From NCBI GenBank assembly GCA_018812925.1, contig JAHJCU010000008.1, positions 70,744 through 134,743 of the forward strand: a stretch of 64,000 nt of DNA, read 5' to 3'. The notes under the pieces were generated by a model. The model had not been told where the DNA came from. It saw only the letters and a list, made by a program, of their open reading frames with translations, and made no database searches. Within the stretch, counting starts at the first letter, position 1, and the number at the start of each line of letters is the position of its first letter. Source of the stretch: Candidatus Omnitrophota bacterium (GTDB taxonomy: Bacteria > CAIJMQ01). Shown here in pieces: positions 54,052-63,686 of this stretch. Position numbers and translations under genes: made by a program.

Positions 54052-54453
54052 CTATAATCCAGCTACAACTATAGTTCCAGCCTGGTTAATAGATACAGTA
54101 ATACCTGCCGCATCTCCTCCTGCAGCTGCTGTTACTGTAGCAGTGAATGTAGCCGCTGCACCAGTTCCAGCCGCTACAAGCACGGGAGCTGTAGTAAAGT
54201 ATCTGTTTCCAGTAAGGTCTATGCTTCCGCTTATATCAGCCCAAACAGCTGTATATGCATTAGTTTCAGCAAAAACTAATCGCTCAGCCGTTCTAATAGA
54301 ACCGACTAGGGCCTGTCCTTCGCTCGACATCGCTCTTCGGACATTGGCTCTATAAAGCGGAACTGCAACTGCTGCTAAAATACCTACGATAATGACTACC
54401 ACCATCAACTCAACTAGGGTAAAACCCTTTTTACTATGCAATCGCTTTCTCAT
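54052..54453 (-). CDS. type IV pilin / pseudopilin (prepilin N-terminal methylation motif)
   Basis: KKGFTLVELMVVVIIVGILAAVAVP N-terminus and an A/T/G-rich C-terminal half. RBS GGAGGTG. Confidence 0.85.
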   Translation of the reverse strand: MRKRLHSKKGFTLVELMVVVIIVGILAAVAVPLYRANVRRAMSSEGQALVGSIRTAERLVFAETNAYTAVWADISGSIDLTGNRYFTTAPVLVAAGTGAAATFTATVTAAAGGDAAGITVSINQAGTIVVAGL

Positions 54454-54526
54454 TATTCATTCACCTCCCTTTTATTTAGGCCAGAACTTCTTATAGACAT
54501 TCCGACCTTTCTATCCTTGTATTGTA

Positions 54527-54554
54527 ATTATACCCCTGCTTACTGAGAAGTCAA
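54527..54554 (-). promoter_or_regulatory. sigma70-like promoter TTGACT-16-TATAAT for the pilin gene
   Basis: Complement of 54549-54554 and of 54527-54532. Confidence 0.55.
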
Positions 54555-54784
54555 TACCCTGACTGCTTCTAATACATATTTTTAAAATTCAAATTGGAAA
54601 CGAAAAAGTATCCATTCATGCGGAAAATCGCCGCACATAACAAAACTTATAATAGCCCATTTCTTTATAAATTTAAAAGTGATAGAATAATTTTGTTTGA
54701 CAAATTATGTCAGGCGATATGGCATAAAACTTGCCGTGTTACTGGTGTCTACTTAAAAAGTTTTTAAAATAGGAGGAATGAAGC

Positions 54785-55780
54785 ATGAAGAAAAATAGTT
54801 TTGTTGGGAGAGTCGCTTTTCTTTTATTAATCGCTTTGTCTGTTATACTTTTAGCAAATTCAAGTTATGCTTTCGATTTCAATATTGATAAAAGAGCCCC
54901 TAAAGAAGAAAGAAAAAAACAAGAATTAGAAGAGCTTCAAGAACAATTTCAGTGGTGGCCAACCGACGCTATGCCTGGTCCCGTTCAAGACCAAAAACGC
55001 GGCGGTTACTGGTGGTGGCCTACAGAACCCGGAGAAACGGAAACAGAACTTTGGGGTAACAGAGGTTATGTTTATGTGTATAAAATGATTTTCGATTATA
55101 AAGAAGAAGAACTTGCTCCTCCTCAACCGAAAGAATTAAGACCGTCTCTGCTTATAAAGAAAATAATAAGAAACGTAAAGATTCACTTTGACTTTGATAA
55201 ATCAGATTTACGTGAGGACGCTCAAGTTATTTTAAAAGATGCCGTTAGAGTATTAAATAGAAATCTTGAAGCAAGCATCCTAATTACCGGTAATTGCGAT
55301 ATACGCGGACAGGAATCCTATAATGAAAAATTAGGAAGAAACCGCGCTGAATCCGTGAAAAAATTCATGCTCGAAAACGGTATTGCCGAAAACCGCATAA
55401 AAATAGTAAGCCGAGGTAAACTTGACGCAATAGCCCCGATTACTGACCTCGTAGGTATGCAGAAAGATAGGAACGCTCAATTTATGATTGCCGAAGTCCA
55501 GGAGGTAATGCTCCAATATTCAGGAAAACCAAAAGGAATGCAAACAGAACAAATCGAAGAAGGCAAATTTTTAATAGAGACGGAAGAAGAAATAGAATCG
55601 GAAATTAAGGTTTCAATCAGAGAATATGTTGTTCAAAAAGGCGATACGCTTTCCAAAATTGCGCAGGAACAACTTGGTAGAGCATCCCGTTGGAAATATC
55701 TTTATGAACTTAACAAAGACCGAATAAAAGACCCGAATAAACTAAAAGTAGGACAAAAAATAATTATACCAATTGAATAG
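54785..55780 (+). CDS. OmpA-family peptidoglycan-binding protein with a C-terminal LysM domain
   Basis: Signal peptide, W-rich region, OmpA_C-like ITGNCDIRGQESYNEKLGRNRAESV, and LysM YVVQKGDTLSKIA...VGQKIIIP. Confidence 0.85.
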   Translation: MKKNSFVGRVAFLLLIALSVILLANSSYAFDFNIDKRAPKEERKKQELEELQEQFQWWPTDAMPGPVQDQKRGGYWWWPTEPGETETELWGNRGYVYVYKMIFDYKEEELAPPQPKELRPSLLIKKIIRNVKIHFDFDKSDLREDAQVILKDAVRVLNRNLEASILITGNCDIRGQESYNEKLGRNRAESVKKFMLENGIAENRIKIVSRGKLDAIAPITDLVGMQKDRNAQFMIAEVQEVMLQYSGKPKGMQTEQIEEGKFLIETEEEIESEIKVSIREYVVQKGDTLSKIAQEQLGRASRWKYLYELNKDRIKDPNKLKVGQKIIIPIE

Positions 55781-55811
55781 CATATACAAGTTTAGGAATC
55801 CTAAAACGAAT

Positions 55812-56174
55812 ATGTCAAAACCGTTTATCGCCATATTAAAAGTTTTTATAATAATAAGTTTAATTTTAGCGATAATCGTATCATTTACTATTCTTATAAA
55901 ACATCGCATAAATACTCCCAACACCACAGAATTTGCGGATAAAATTCCGATAGAAGAAGAACAGATAATAGGAATAGTTATTGGATATAATTCTCAAGTA
56001 AAAGAGATTCAGCAAATTTTAAAAAACTCTAATTTTGACCCCGGTCCTATTGATGGAAGAATGGGCAACAGAACACGCCAAGCAATAAAAAAATTTCAAG
56101 AAGCAAAAGGGTTGCAACCCACCGGCAAGATAGATGAAGAAACTATGCTTGCATTAAATAAAGAAAAAACATAA
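55812..56174 (+). CDS. membrane-anchored PG_binding_1 domain protein
   Basis: TM helix plus GPIDGRMGNRTRQAIKKFQEAKGLQPTGKID. The start is uncertain (ATG at 55812 or TTG at 55773). Confidence 0.7.
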   Translation: MSKPFIAILKVFIIISLILAIIVSFTILIKHRINTPNTTEFADKIPIEEEQIIGIVIGYNSQVKEIQQILKNSNFDPGPIDGRMGNRTRQAIKKFQEAKGLQPTGKIDEETMLALNKEKT

Positions 56175-56241
56175 ACATGAAAAACAATTTTACATATCAA
56201 TTAACAATTCAAATAATATCCAATAAAGGAGGAAGGAAAAG

Positions 56242-56667
56242 ATGTTTCAGAAAATTATAATAACGCTATTTCTTGTTTTGCTCTTATCAGGTTGCGCAAC
56301 AACTACTCCGACTCCCCAAACCCAAAGGCAACAACTTCAGGAACAAGTAAACGAATTGCAGGGCAAAATATATTTTCTCGAACAAGAATTACAGGCAAAA
56401 GGAAAAGAAATCAGCGAATTGGGAAGAGAACTTGAAAGCATTAAAAATATCAAACAAAAAACAAACAATACTTCCGTAAAACAGTTGTCTTATAGACAAA
56501 TGCAAACGGCTTTAAAAAATGCCGGATTCTATAAAGGCCCAATTGACGGCAAATTGGGGAAACAGACCCAAAAGGCAATAGTACAATTCCAAAAGGCAAA
56601 CGGACTTAAAGCCGACGGAGTTATAGGCGAAAAAACGACTGCTGCATTGAGCCAGTACTTGAAATAA
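56242..56667 (+). CDS. lipoprotein with a coiled coil and a PG_binding_1 domain
   Basis: Lipobox LLSGC and GPIDGKLGKQTQKAIVQFQKANGLKADGVIG. Confidence 0.75.
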   Translation: MFQKIIITLFLVLLLSGCATTTPTPQTQRQQLQEQVNELQGKIYFLEQELQAKGKEISELGRELESIKNIKQKTNNTSVKQLSYRQMQTALKNAGFYKGPIDGKLGKQTQKAIVQFQKANGLKADGVIGEKTTAALSQYLK

Positions 56668-56734
56668 ATTTAACTACTATATAAATTTCAAGTTTAAATC
56701 GGGCAAGATATTTCTATTCTTTAATTTTGTAATT

Positions 56735-57067
56735 ATGAAAAGTAAAAAACTCAATTTAAAAGAAAATAGAAATAATTTGTCATCACTATTAAAATATCAG
56801 AATAATGCCGTTGTCAGCAGGGAAATCATAAAAAAAGAAACAGGGACAGTTACATTGTTTGCATTCGATAAGGGGCAAGGACTGAGTGAACACACCGCAC
56901 CTTTTGATGCTTTAGTTTACATAATTGACGGCGCCGCCGAAATTGTCATTTCGGGCAAATCCCACACAATAAAAAAAGGCGAAATGATTATTATGCCTGC
57001 AAACAAGCCACATGCACTAAAAGCAATTAAAAAGTTCAAGATGTTGTTAGTTATGATAAAAGATTAA
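56735..57067 (+). CDS. cupin domain protein
   Basis: 110 aa with G.SEHTAP...G...I..G....I..GE.I.MPANKPHAL, the cupin motif pattern. Confidence 0.72.
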   Translation: MKSKKLNLKENRNNLSSLLKYQNNAVVSREIIKKETGTVTLFAFDKGQGLSEHTAPFDALVYIIDGAAEIVISGKSHTIKKGEMIIMPANKPHALKAIKKFKMLLVMIKD

Positions 57068-57093
57068 TATTAAATATTTCGTAAGGATAACAA

Positions 57094-57558
57094 ATGAAGA
57101 AATCTCAACTGATAATGTTTTGGCTACTGCCGATTATTGTAATAGGTGGTTTATTCATACCAGTTTTGGGCTATTTAGTTATAGCAATGATGGCCTTCTT
57201 CCTTATACTCTCATTCTTTAGGGGTCGATATTGGTGCTGGAACCTGTGTCCAAGAGGCGCTTTCCTAGACGGTGTATTATCAAAAATCAGCACCGAAAAA
57301 ACTGTGCCCCTATTTTTCACCAAGCAATGGTTCCGCTGGTTCATATTCGTTTTACTTATGGGTTTTTTAGTGTTTCGCATAATCTCTACAGGGGGCAACC
57401 TTCTTGCGATAGGTGTCGTTTTCGTAACAATGTGTCTGGTAACAACTATCATTTCAATTATTCTAGGAACAACAATGAAACACCGCGCCTGGTGCACAAT
57501 ATGTCCTATGGGCATGCTTCAGGAAAAAATAGGTAAAATAAAACATAAAAAAAAGTAA
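57094..57558 (+). CDS. membrane protein with 4Fe-4S-binding-type Cys motifs
   Basis: RYWCWNLCPRGA and WCTICPMG motifs flanking TM helices. Confidence 0.65.
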   Translation: MKKSQLIMFWLLPIIVIGGLFIPVLGYLVIAMMAFFLILSFFRGRYWCWNLCPRGAFLDGVLSKISTEKTVPLFFTKQWFRWFIFVLLMGFLVFRIISTGGNLLAIGVVFVTMCLVTTIISIILGTTMKHRAWCTICPMGMLQEKIGKIKHKKK

Positions 57559-57562
57559 GAAT

Positions 57563-57997
57563 ATGAAAATAAAAAGCTCAACTTTCCAAAACAATCAACT
57601 TATGCCCAGCAAATTTACTTGTGACGGAGACAACATTAATCCTGCTTTAGTCATTGAAAATATTCCTGATGGAACAAAAAGCTTGGCTTTGATTATGGAT
57701 GACCCGGATGCGACAATCGGCACTTTTGTGCATTGGGTAGTATTTGATATGCCTGTAATTTCAGAAATTAAAGAAAACAGTATCCCCCAAGGAAAACAGG
57801 GAAATAATAGCGCCGGTCAAAAGAAATATCACGGTCCCTGCCCGCCCTCTGGAACACACCGTTATTTCTTCAAAATATATGCGCTTGATACAATGTTAAA
57901 TTTAAACGAGAATACAAATAAAGCACAATTAGAACAAGTAATGGCAAATCATATAATTGACAACGCAGAATTGATTGGGTTATATAAGAGAAGATAA
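57563..57997 (+). CDS. YbhB/YbcL (PEBP/Raf kinase inhibitor-like) family protein
   Basis: CDGDNINP, DDPDA, FVHWVVFD and GPCPPSGTHRYFFKIYALD. Confidence 0.88.
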   Translation: MKIKSSTFQNNQLMPSKFTCDGDNINPALVIENIPDGTKSLALIMDDPDATIGTFVHWVVFDMPVISEIKENSIPQGKQGNNSAGQKKYHGPCPPSGTHRYFFKIYALDTMLNLNENTNKAQLEQVMANHIIDNAELIGLYKRR

Positions 57998-58022
57998 GAA
58001 AGGGAAAAAGAGAGGTGGAAAA

Positions 58023-58781
58023 ATGAAAAAATTAGGCATAGTAATTTTAATTATATTAGTTTTATTGATTGCTGTTGTTCTTGCCAGAAACACCATAGCC
58101 AAAAATGTAATATCAGCAGGTGTCAAAGCAATAACGGGATTGGATTTAAATATTGGAAGTATGGATGTGGGAATATTAAAAAGTATAGTCAGTATAAAAG
58201 AAATAAAGTTATACAATCCGCCCGAATTCAGCGATAAACTAATGGTAGTTCTGCCGGAAATTTATGTTGATTATGATTTGGGCGCATTCCTTAAGAAAAT
58301 TGTGCACATTGAAGAAATGAAACTTAACTTGAAAGAATTTGTTGTCGTGAAAAATGAAAAAGGCGCGCTTAACCTTGATTCTTTAAAAGTGGTAAAAGAC
58401 AAAAAAGGAGCCCCATCTCAAGAAGAAAAGACAAAAAAAGGAGAATTTAAAATCGATGTTCTCCAATTAAAAATAGGAAAAGTTATATTTAAAGATTATT
58501 CTCAAGGCAAAAACCCCAAAACAATAGAGGTTAAATTGGATATTGACGAAAAATACGAAAATATAACCGATGCCAATAAACTTGTGAGTTTGATTGTAAC
58601 CAAGGCGCTTATGAACACCGCAATCACAAAACTTGCCGATTTTGATTTGGGTTCCTTGCAGACAGAAGCAGGCAACCTTCTAAAAGACGCAAATAAATCG
58701 GCTCAAGATGTCTTTGATAAGGCAAAAGAAGAAGGCGAAAAAGCTATGGATAAAATAAAGGATATCTTACAACCTAAATAG
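58023..58781 (+). CDS. hypothetical membrane-anchored protein
   Basis: ATG at 58023 and an N-terminal TM helix. No motif recognised. Confidence 0.6.
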   Translation: MKKLGIVILIILVLLIAVVLARNTIAKNVISAGVKAITGLDLNIGSMDVGILKSIVSIKEIKLYNPPEFSDKLMVVLPEIYVDYDLGAFLKKIVHIEEMKLNLKEFVVVKNEKGALNLDSLKVVKDKKGAPSQEEKTKKGEFKIDVLQLKIGKVIFKDYSQGKNPKTIEVKLDIDEKYENITDANKLVSLIVTKALMNTAITKLADFDLGSLQTEAGNLLKDANKSAQDVFDKAKEEGEKAMDKIKDILQPK

Positions 58782-58827
58782 AAAGACCAATGTACGGTCT
58801 CATTTCTTGGGAAAAGGAGAGTTTATT

Positions 58828-59016
58828 ATGAAGCCTAAAGTTATTTTTGCGCTTGTCTTAGCAGGTTTATTCTTGATTCTTTTGATTCAAAATACGCAGG
58901 TTGTTGACGTAAAACTTTTCTTTTGGACAATCAGTATGTCACGGATTATCTTATTACCTCTAATGATACTTATTGGTTTTATAATCGGATTCTTTGTAGG
59001 AAGAAAATACTGGTAA
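58828..59016 (+). CDS. small two-TM protein, LapA/DUF1049-like
   Basis: ATG 8 nt after GGAGA. Two hydrophobic helices separated by NTQVVDVKLFFW. Confidence 0.55.
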   Translation: MKPKVIFALVLAGLFLILLIQNTQVVDVKLFFWTISMSRIILLPLMILIGFIIGFFVGRKYW

Positions 59017-59051
59017 ATAGCTACTATTGTATCCCCTAGTATGAGTACAGA

Positions 59052-59777
59052 ATGGAAATCAAAACTATAGAATCGTTTGATAAAACGAAAATCGCTCTAA
59101 ATCATTTCAAAAAAGACGGTAGAGATACCGTCTTAATTATTTGTCACGGGTTTGCGATGTCAAAAGATTCGAAACCTTTTATAGACCTATCAAATGACTT
59201 TTTTAAATCATACGATATTATTGTGATGGACCAGCGCGGACACGGAGATAGTGAAGGTGTTTTTACTTTTTCTGCAAAAGAACACGAAGATATCAAAGCA
59301 GTCGTTGAATACGCCAAAGAAAATTATACCTGTATTTACCTAATGGGCTTTTCACTGGGAGCGGCTTCTTGCATAATCGAGGTAGCTATTAATAAAAACG
59401 TCAATGGGTTGATTGTCATAAGCGCGCCAATTAGTTTCGAGAAGATAGAAAACCGATTCTTGTATAAAGACGCTCTTATACCGGGAATTCAAAAGTTTGG
59501 TGAACATACCCTTAAAATGCGCTTGGGTAACATCTTTGAAAAAAAAGAAAAACCTATTGACCTCATTGATAAAATCTCTCCTATCCCGACTTTATTAATA
59601 CAAGGAGAAAATGACCCGATTATTTTCAAACATCATGCAGAAGAACTTTACGAAAAAGCCAAAGACCCCAAAAAATTAATAATGATAGACAAAGGATTGC
59701 ACGCAGAAGATTTGTATATAAATAACCCTAAGGAATTTGTTTCTTTGTGCAGTTCGTGGTTAAGTGGATTGTTGTAA
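59052..59777 (+). CDS. alpha/beta hydrolase
   Basis: HGFAMS oxyanion region, nucleophile elbow GFSLGA, and a C-terminal GLHAED. Confidence 0.8.
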   Translation: MEIKTIESFDKTKIALNHFKKDGRDTVLIICHGFAMSKDSKPFIDLSNDFFKSYDIIVMDQRGHGDSEGVFTFSAKEHEDIKAVVEYAKENYTCIYLMGFSLGAASCIIEVAINKNVNGLIVISAPISFEKIENRFLYKDALIPGIQKFGEHTLKMRLGNIFEKKEKPIDLIDKISPIPTLLIQGENDPIIFKHHAEELYEKAKDPKKLIMIDKGLHAEDLYINNPKEFVSLCSSWLSGLL

Positions 59778-60869
59778 TACTTCAAATATAATTTTTTCTT
59801 TTACGGAAACGTCAATTGCAACTTTACCAACCTTCAACGGAAGAACATAATTGGTTTTTCCTGCCGTATTTTTCTTATCAAAAAGAGTGTTTTTAACAAT
59901 GTCTCTTATATCGACATCCGAAAACTTTATTTTTATATCAAGTTTTGTTAGTAAATCAATAATCCTTTGACTTTCAATAGAAGAAATCATATTTAGCCTT
60001 TCTGCAATTTTAGTTTCTACAACGAGTCCCATACCTACAGAAATACCGTGACTAAATTTATATCCCGACGCTTTTTCTATCGCATGTCCTATGGTGTGCC
60101 CCAAGTTAAGCATCTTTCTGATATTTTTTTCTTTCTCATCTTTTTCAACAACCTCTTTTTTTATCTGGCAGCTGCGTTTGATTGCTTTAATTAATATCTT
60201 TTCTTCAAGTTTATAGATCCTGTCTATATTATCCCGCATAAAAAGAAAATATTTTTTGTCCGCAATAATACCGTGTTTTACCATTTCGATAATGCCGTTA
60301 AGCATTTCTTTTCTGTCAAGAGATTTAAGCAATTCAACGTCTATGAAAACGGTTTCGGGCTGGTAAAACGCTCCTATAAGATTTTTACCGTAGGCAGTAT
60401 CAATTCCTGTTTTACCTCCTGTACTGCTGTCCACCATAGCAAGCAAGGTTGTCGGAATCTGAATAAACGGCACTCCCCGCATATAAGTAGACGCAACAAA
60501 TCCCGCCAAATCGCCCACAACACCACCGCCCAGAGCAATAACAACACAATCCCTCTTAAATCCTTTAAGAGTTAATGCATCTTCTATTTTCGCTTTTACT
60601 TCCCGCGTCTTGCTTGCTTCCCCCGCCCTAAAACTGAAGAGTTCTGCCGGAACTTTTTTAGCTTTAAGAATTGAAAGGAGTTTTTTTCCGTAAAGTTTGC
60701 TTACATTTGTATCTGTTATTACGGCTACTTTTCCGTAGTTAGAATCTGCAATATATTTTACTATCTGCGGAAAAAGCCCCTTGCCAATTGTTATACGGTA
60801 GGAATTATCCACTTTTTTAAGGAGTTCTACTTTGACTGTTTCCATATATTCCCTATCACTCAATTTCAT
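59760..60869 (-). CDS. aroB: 3-dehydroquinate synthase
   Basis: GEASKT, ALGGGVVGDLAGF, TLLAMVDSS and NLGHTIGHAIE motifs. Confidence 0.9.
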   Translation of the reverse strand: MKLSDREYMETVKVELLKKVDNSYRITIGKGLFPQIVKYIADSNYGKVAVITDTNVSKLYGKKLLSILKAKKVPAELFSFRAGEASKTREVKAKIEDALTLKGFKRDCVVIALGGGVVGDLAGFVASTYMRGVPFIQIPTTLLAMVDSSTGGKTGIDTAYGKNLIGAFYQPETVFIDVELLKSLDRKEMLNGIIEMVKHGIIADKKYFLFMRDNIDRIYKLEEKILIKAIKRSCQIKKEVVEKDEKEKNIRKMLNLGHTIGHAIEKASGYKFSHGISVGMGLVVETKIAERLNMISSIESQRIIDLLTKLDIKIKFSDVDIRDIVKNTLFDKKNTAGKTNYVLPLKVGKVAIDVSVKEKIIFEVLQQST

Positions 60870-61827
60870 CTGCTGTTATCTTTTTATAAAAATCCAGATA
60901 ATCATATTTTTCTTTGGAATCATCCGGCAAATCCATAAGTTCCATTGCTATTTTAGGATGTAAATTAAGTATACCCGTTATCATATAGGGAATAGAATAT
61001 CCCCAGGTAATCTCTTTTGTAAGCGGTAATATATCCTTACCGATAACTTTCAGTAACGGCATAATATTGAATTTCGGATTTTTCAGGAAAGATACCAGTA
61101 GTTCCAGAGGACAATTTCCAGCCGCTCTGCCAAACCCGTAAAGCGTCCCGTCAAGATAATTGGCTCCTCTTATTATGCCCGTAATTGTATTCGCAAACCC
61201 CAGCTGTTGATGGTTATGAGCATGCACGCCTATTTCCTTAGTCTTAAGAAATTTTTTATATTTATCAACATAAAAATTAATGTCGTCACTGTATAAAGCG
61301 CCGAAACTATCTACGATATATACAGCCATTACTTTCGTTTCATTTTCAATCTGCTGGAGCGCTTCGTCCAATTCCCATTCAATAGTCTGTGAAATAGACA
61401 TTATATTTATAGTCGCTTCATAACCCTTCTCAGTGGCGTTATTTGCGAGTTTAATTGCTTTATCGATATCTTTTACATAAGTAGCTACTCTTATGACATC
61501 AACGACACTGTCTTTTTTGGGCAGGATATCTTCCGCTACGGCTTTATGTGAATCCTGCATTATAGCTATTTTGGTTTTAGTGTCCTTTGTTTTGATTCCT
61601 TCCGTAACTTTTCTTAGATTTTCTTCATCGCAAAAACGCCATGCTCCGTATTCTTTTACCGAGAACATCTCTTTACTGTTTCTATATCCTAACTCTACAA
61701 TATCTACCCCTGAATCACATACGGCCTTGTAAACTTTGCGGACAAGGTCAATTGAAAACCGGGATTTATTCATTAATCCGCCGTCGCGGATAGTACAATC
61801 GATAACTTTTATTTCAGGTCTATACAT
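60856..61827 (-). CDS. HMGL-like (DRE-TIM metallolyase / pyruvate carboxyltransferase family) aldolase
   Basis: VIDCTIRDGG and GVHAHNHQQLG metal-ligand motifs. 14-nt overlap with aroB. Confidence 0.75.
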   Translation of the reverse strand: MYRPEIKVIDCTIRDGGLMNKSRFSIDLVRKVYKAVCDSGVDIVELGYRNSKEMFSVKEYGAWRFCDEENLRKVTEGIKTKDTKTKIAIMQDSHKAVAEDILPKKDSVVDVIRVATYVKDIDKAIKLANNATEKGYEATINIMSISQTIEWELDEALQQIENETKVMAVYIVDSFGALYSDDINFYVDKYKKFLKTKEIGVHAHNHQQLGFANTITGIIRGANYLDGTLYGFGRAAGNCPLELLVSFLKNPKFNIMPLLKVIGKDILPLTKEITWGYSIPYMITGILNLHPKIAMELMDLPDDSKEKYDYLDFYKKITADEIE

Positions 61828-61945
61828 TTATAACTCCTTTGTAAATTTGATATGCATTATACCAAAACAAAAAAATATTCTGTAAGTTTTTGCCTACCTC
61901 ACAAACTCATAAGATATTGTTATAATAATTTATTATTTTAAAAAA

Positions 61946-62218
61946 ATGAAGAAACGCACCGGTAAATATTACGTTTATATTGTTAAATGTCAGAAAGGGA
62001 CATATTACATCGGTTATACAAATGATATTAAAAATCGGCTTAAACTACATAACAGGGGCCTTGGCGCTAGATACTTAAGAGGTAAATCGCCTATAGAATT
62101 AGTCTATGTTAAAAAATATAAGTATTATAAGAGTGCGATTAATAAAGAAATATCACTTAAAAAACTAACAAGGAAACAGAAAGAGGAATTGATTAAAACT
62201 TATGAAAAAACAAAATAG
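61946..62218 (+). CDS. GIY-YIG nuclease domain protein (UPF0213-like)
   Basis: YYVYIVKCQKGTYYIGYTNDIKNRLKLHN. Confidence 0.85.
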   Translation: MKKRTGKYYVYIVKCQKGTYYIGYTNDIKNRLKLHNRGLGARYLRGKSPIELVYVKKYKYYKSAINKEISLKKLTRKQKEELIKTYEKTK

Positions 62219-63674
62219 TAAGTTATCCCCCCTTGATTCTGCTCATTGCATTCGCAAAATCAAAACAGGGGGGACGGCACCGAAAGTTTTCATTCAAACT
62301 TTCGGGTGCCAGATGAATAAATACGACTCAGAGATTATGAAGTCGCTTCTCTTACAAGAAGGATATGAATTTACCGACAATTGGCAAAAGGCAGATGTAA
62401 TACTGGTTAATACCTGTAGTGTAAGACAACATGCGGAAGAAAGGGTATATGCGCATTTATGGAAATGGAGCAGATATAAGCAAGAATCAAAACCCAATTT
62501 GATAATCGGTATATGCGGATGTATGGCGCAGAAAGAAGGAATAAATATTCTAAACAAAATACCTCATTTAAATCTTGTATGCGGAACTTACAGTATTCCT
62601 AAAATTCATGAATTTGTAAGGGATTTACTTAAAACCGGCGGCAGGCGCATTGAAACTTCAGAAGATTACACTGATTTCCCTGCGCCTATTTATGAGATAA
62701 GAGACAGCAAAATTTCTGCGTGGGTGGCAATTATGAGGGGATGTAATAACTATTGCGCCTATTGTGTCGTGCCGTATGTCAGAGGTAAAGAAATAAGCCG
62801 TCCTGTAGAAGAAATAGAAACGGAAATCAAGGAACTTGCCCGCAAAGGCATAAAAGAAGTAACGCTTTTGGGGCAGAATGTTAACTCATACGCATCTCAG
62901 AAGACAGAAAACAGAAGACAGAGGACAGAAAAAAATAAAAATGATTTTGCACACTTGCTGAAAAGAATAAATGACATAAAGGGGATTGAACGGATAAGAT
63001 TCACAACTTCGCATCCGAAAGACATGTCTATCGTTACTATTGAAGCTATAAGAGATTTGCCAAAAGTTTGCGAGCATATTCATCTGGCATTACAGTCTGG
63101 TTCCGACAGGATTTTGAAACTGATGAATAGAAAATATACAAGGAGCCAGTATAAAGAGCTTGTTGACAGAATCAGAGCGACTATTCCAGATGTAAGCATT
63201 ACTACCGACATAATGGTTGGATTTCCTACCGAAACCAAAGATGACTTTATGGATACTTATAATCTTGTCAAAGAAATAGGATTTGATGCGTCTTATATAT
63301 TCAAATATTCGACAAGACCCGGAACAAAAGCCGCCGATATGGAAGATGATATACCTGAAGAAATAAAAAAAGAACGACTCAACAAGCTTCTTTCTCTTCA
63401 AAAAAGAATAGTACAGAAGAAAAACGAAAAATTAATCGGTAAAGAAGTTGAAATCCTCGTTGAGGGAATTAATAAAAGAGGAAGTAAATTGTTAAGTGAA
63501 ACCACGTGCATTTCCGAACCCGACGGAGTTCGGAAATGTTACGTGGGGAAGACTCGTAATTTCAAGTATGTCTCTTTCCAAAGCGATAAAAACTTAATCG
63601 GAAAACTGGTAAAAGTGAAGGTTGTAAAAGTAAGAGGTGGGTTGTTTGAGGGAATTTTAGTTGACAAAAGTTGA
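62202..63674 (+). CDS. miaB: tRNA-i6A37 methylthiotransferase
   Basis: FIQTFGCQMN, radical SAM CNNYCAYCVVP, and a TRAM domain C-terminus. Confidence 0.93.
   Translation: MKKQNSKLSPLDSAHCIRKIKTGGTAPKVFIQTFGCQMNKYDSEIMKSLLLQEGYEFTDNWQKADVILVNTCSVRQHAEERVYAHLWKWSRYKQESKPNLIIGICGCMAQKEGINILNKIPHLNLVCGTYSIPKIHEFVRDLLKTGGRRIETSEDYTDFPAPIYEIRDSKISAWVAIMRGCNNYCAYCVVPYVRGKEISRPVEEIETEIKELARKGIKEVTLLGQNVNSYASQKTENRRQRTEKNKNDFAHLLKRINDIKGIERIRFTTSHPKDMSIVTIEAIRDLPKVCEHIHLALQSGSDRILKLMNRKYTRSQYKELVDRIRATIPDVSITTDIMVGFPTETKDDFMDTYNLVKEIGFDASYIFKYSTRPGTKAADMEDDIPEEIKKERLNKLLSLQKRIVQKKNEKLIGKEVEILVEGINKRGSKLLSETTCISEPDGVRKCYVGKTRNFKYVSFQSDKNLIGKLVKVKVVKVRGGLFEGILVDKS
62227..62273. repeat. GC-clamped inverted repeat CCCCCCTTGATT - 19 nt - AATCAA(aaca)GGGGGG in the miaB N-terminal extension
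   Basis: Read directly. Encodes part of SPLDSAHCIRKIKTGG, upstream of the conserved FGCQMN start region. Confidence 0.75.
62898..62932 (+). repeat. five tandem heptamers (CAGAAGA CAGAAAA CAGAAGA CAGAGGA CAGAAAA) inside miaB
   Basis: Same ACAGAAN word as the topA tail. Encodes QKTENRRQRTEK. Confidence 0.85.
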
Positions 63675-63686
63675 TAAAATCTGCTT

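Noticed and set aside
54052-54453. Locally GC-richer pilin gene as horizontally acquired DNA
   Set aside because: The composition shift is explained by the Ala/Gly/Thr-rich pilin sequence. The gene has a native-looking promoter, RBS and a terminator from a resident repeat family.
60601-60630. cccgcgtcttgcttgcttcccccgccc in aroB as another GC-rich element insertion
   Set aside because: The two G/C blocks are direct, not inverted. The encoded FRAGEASKTRE matches the normal conserved GE..K region of 3-dehydroquinate synthases.
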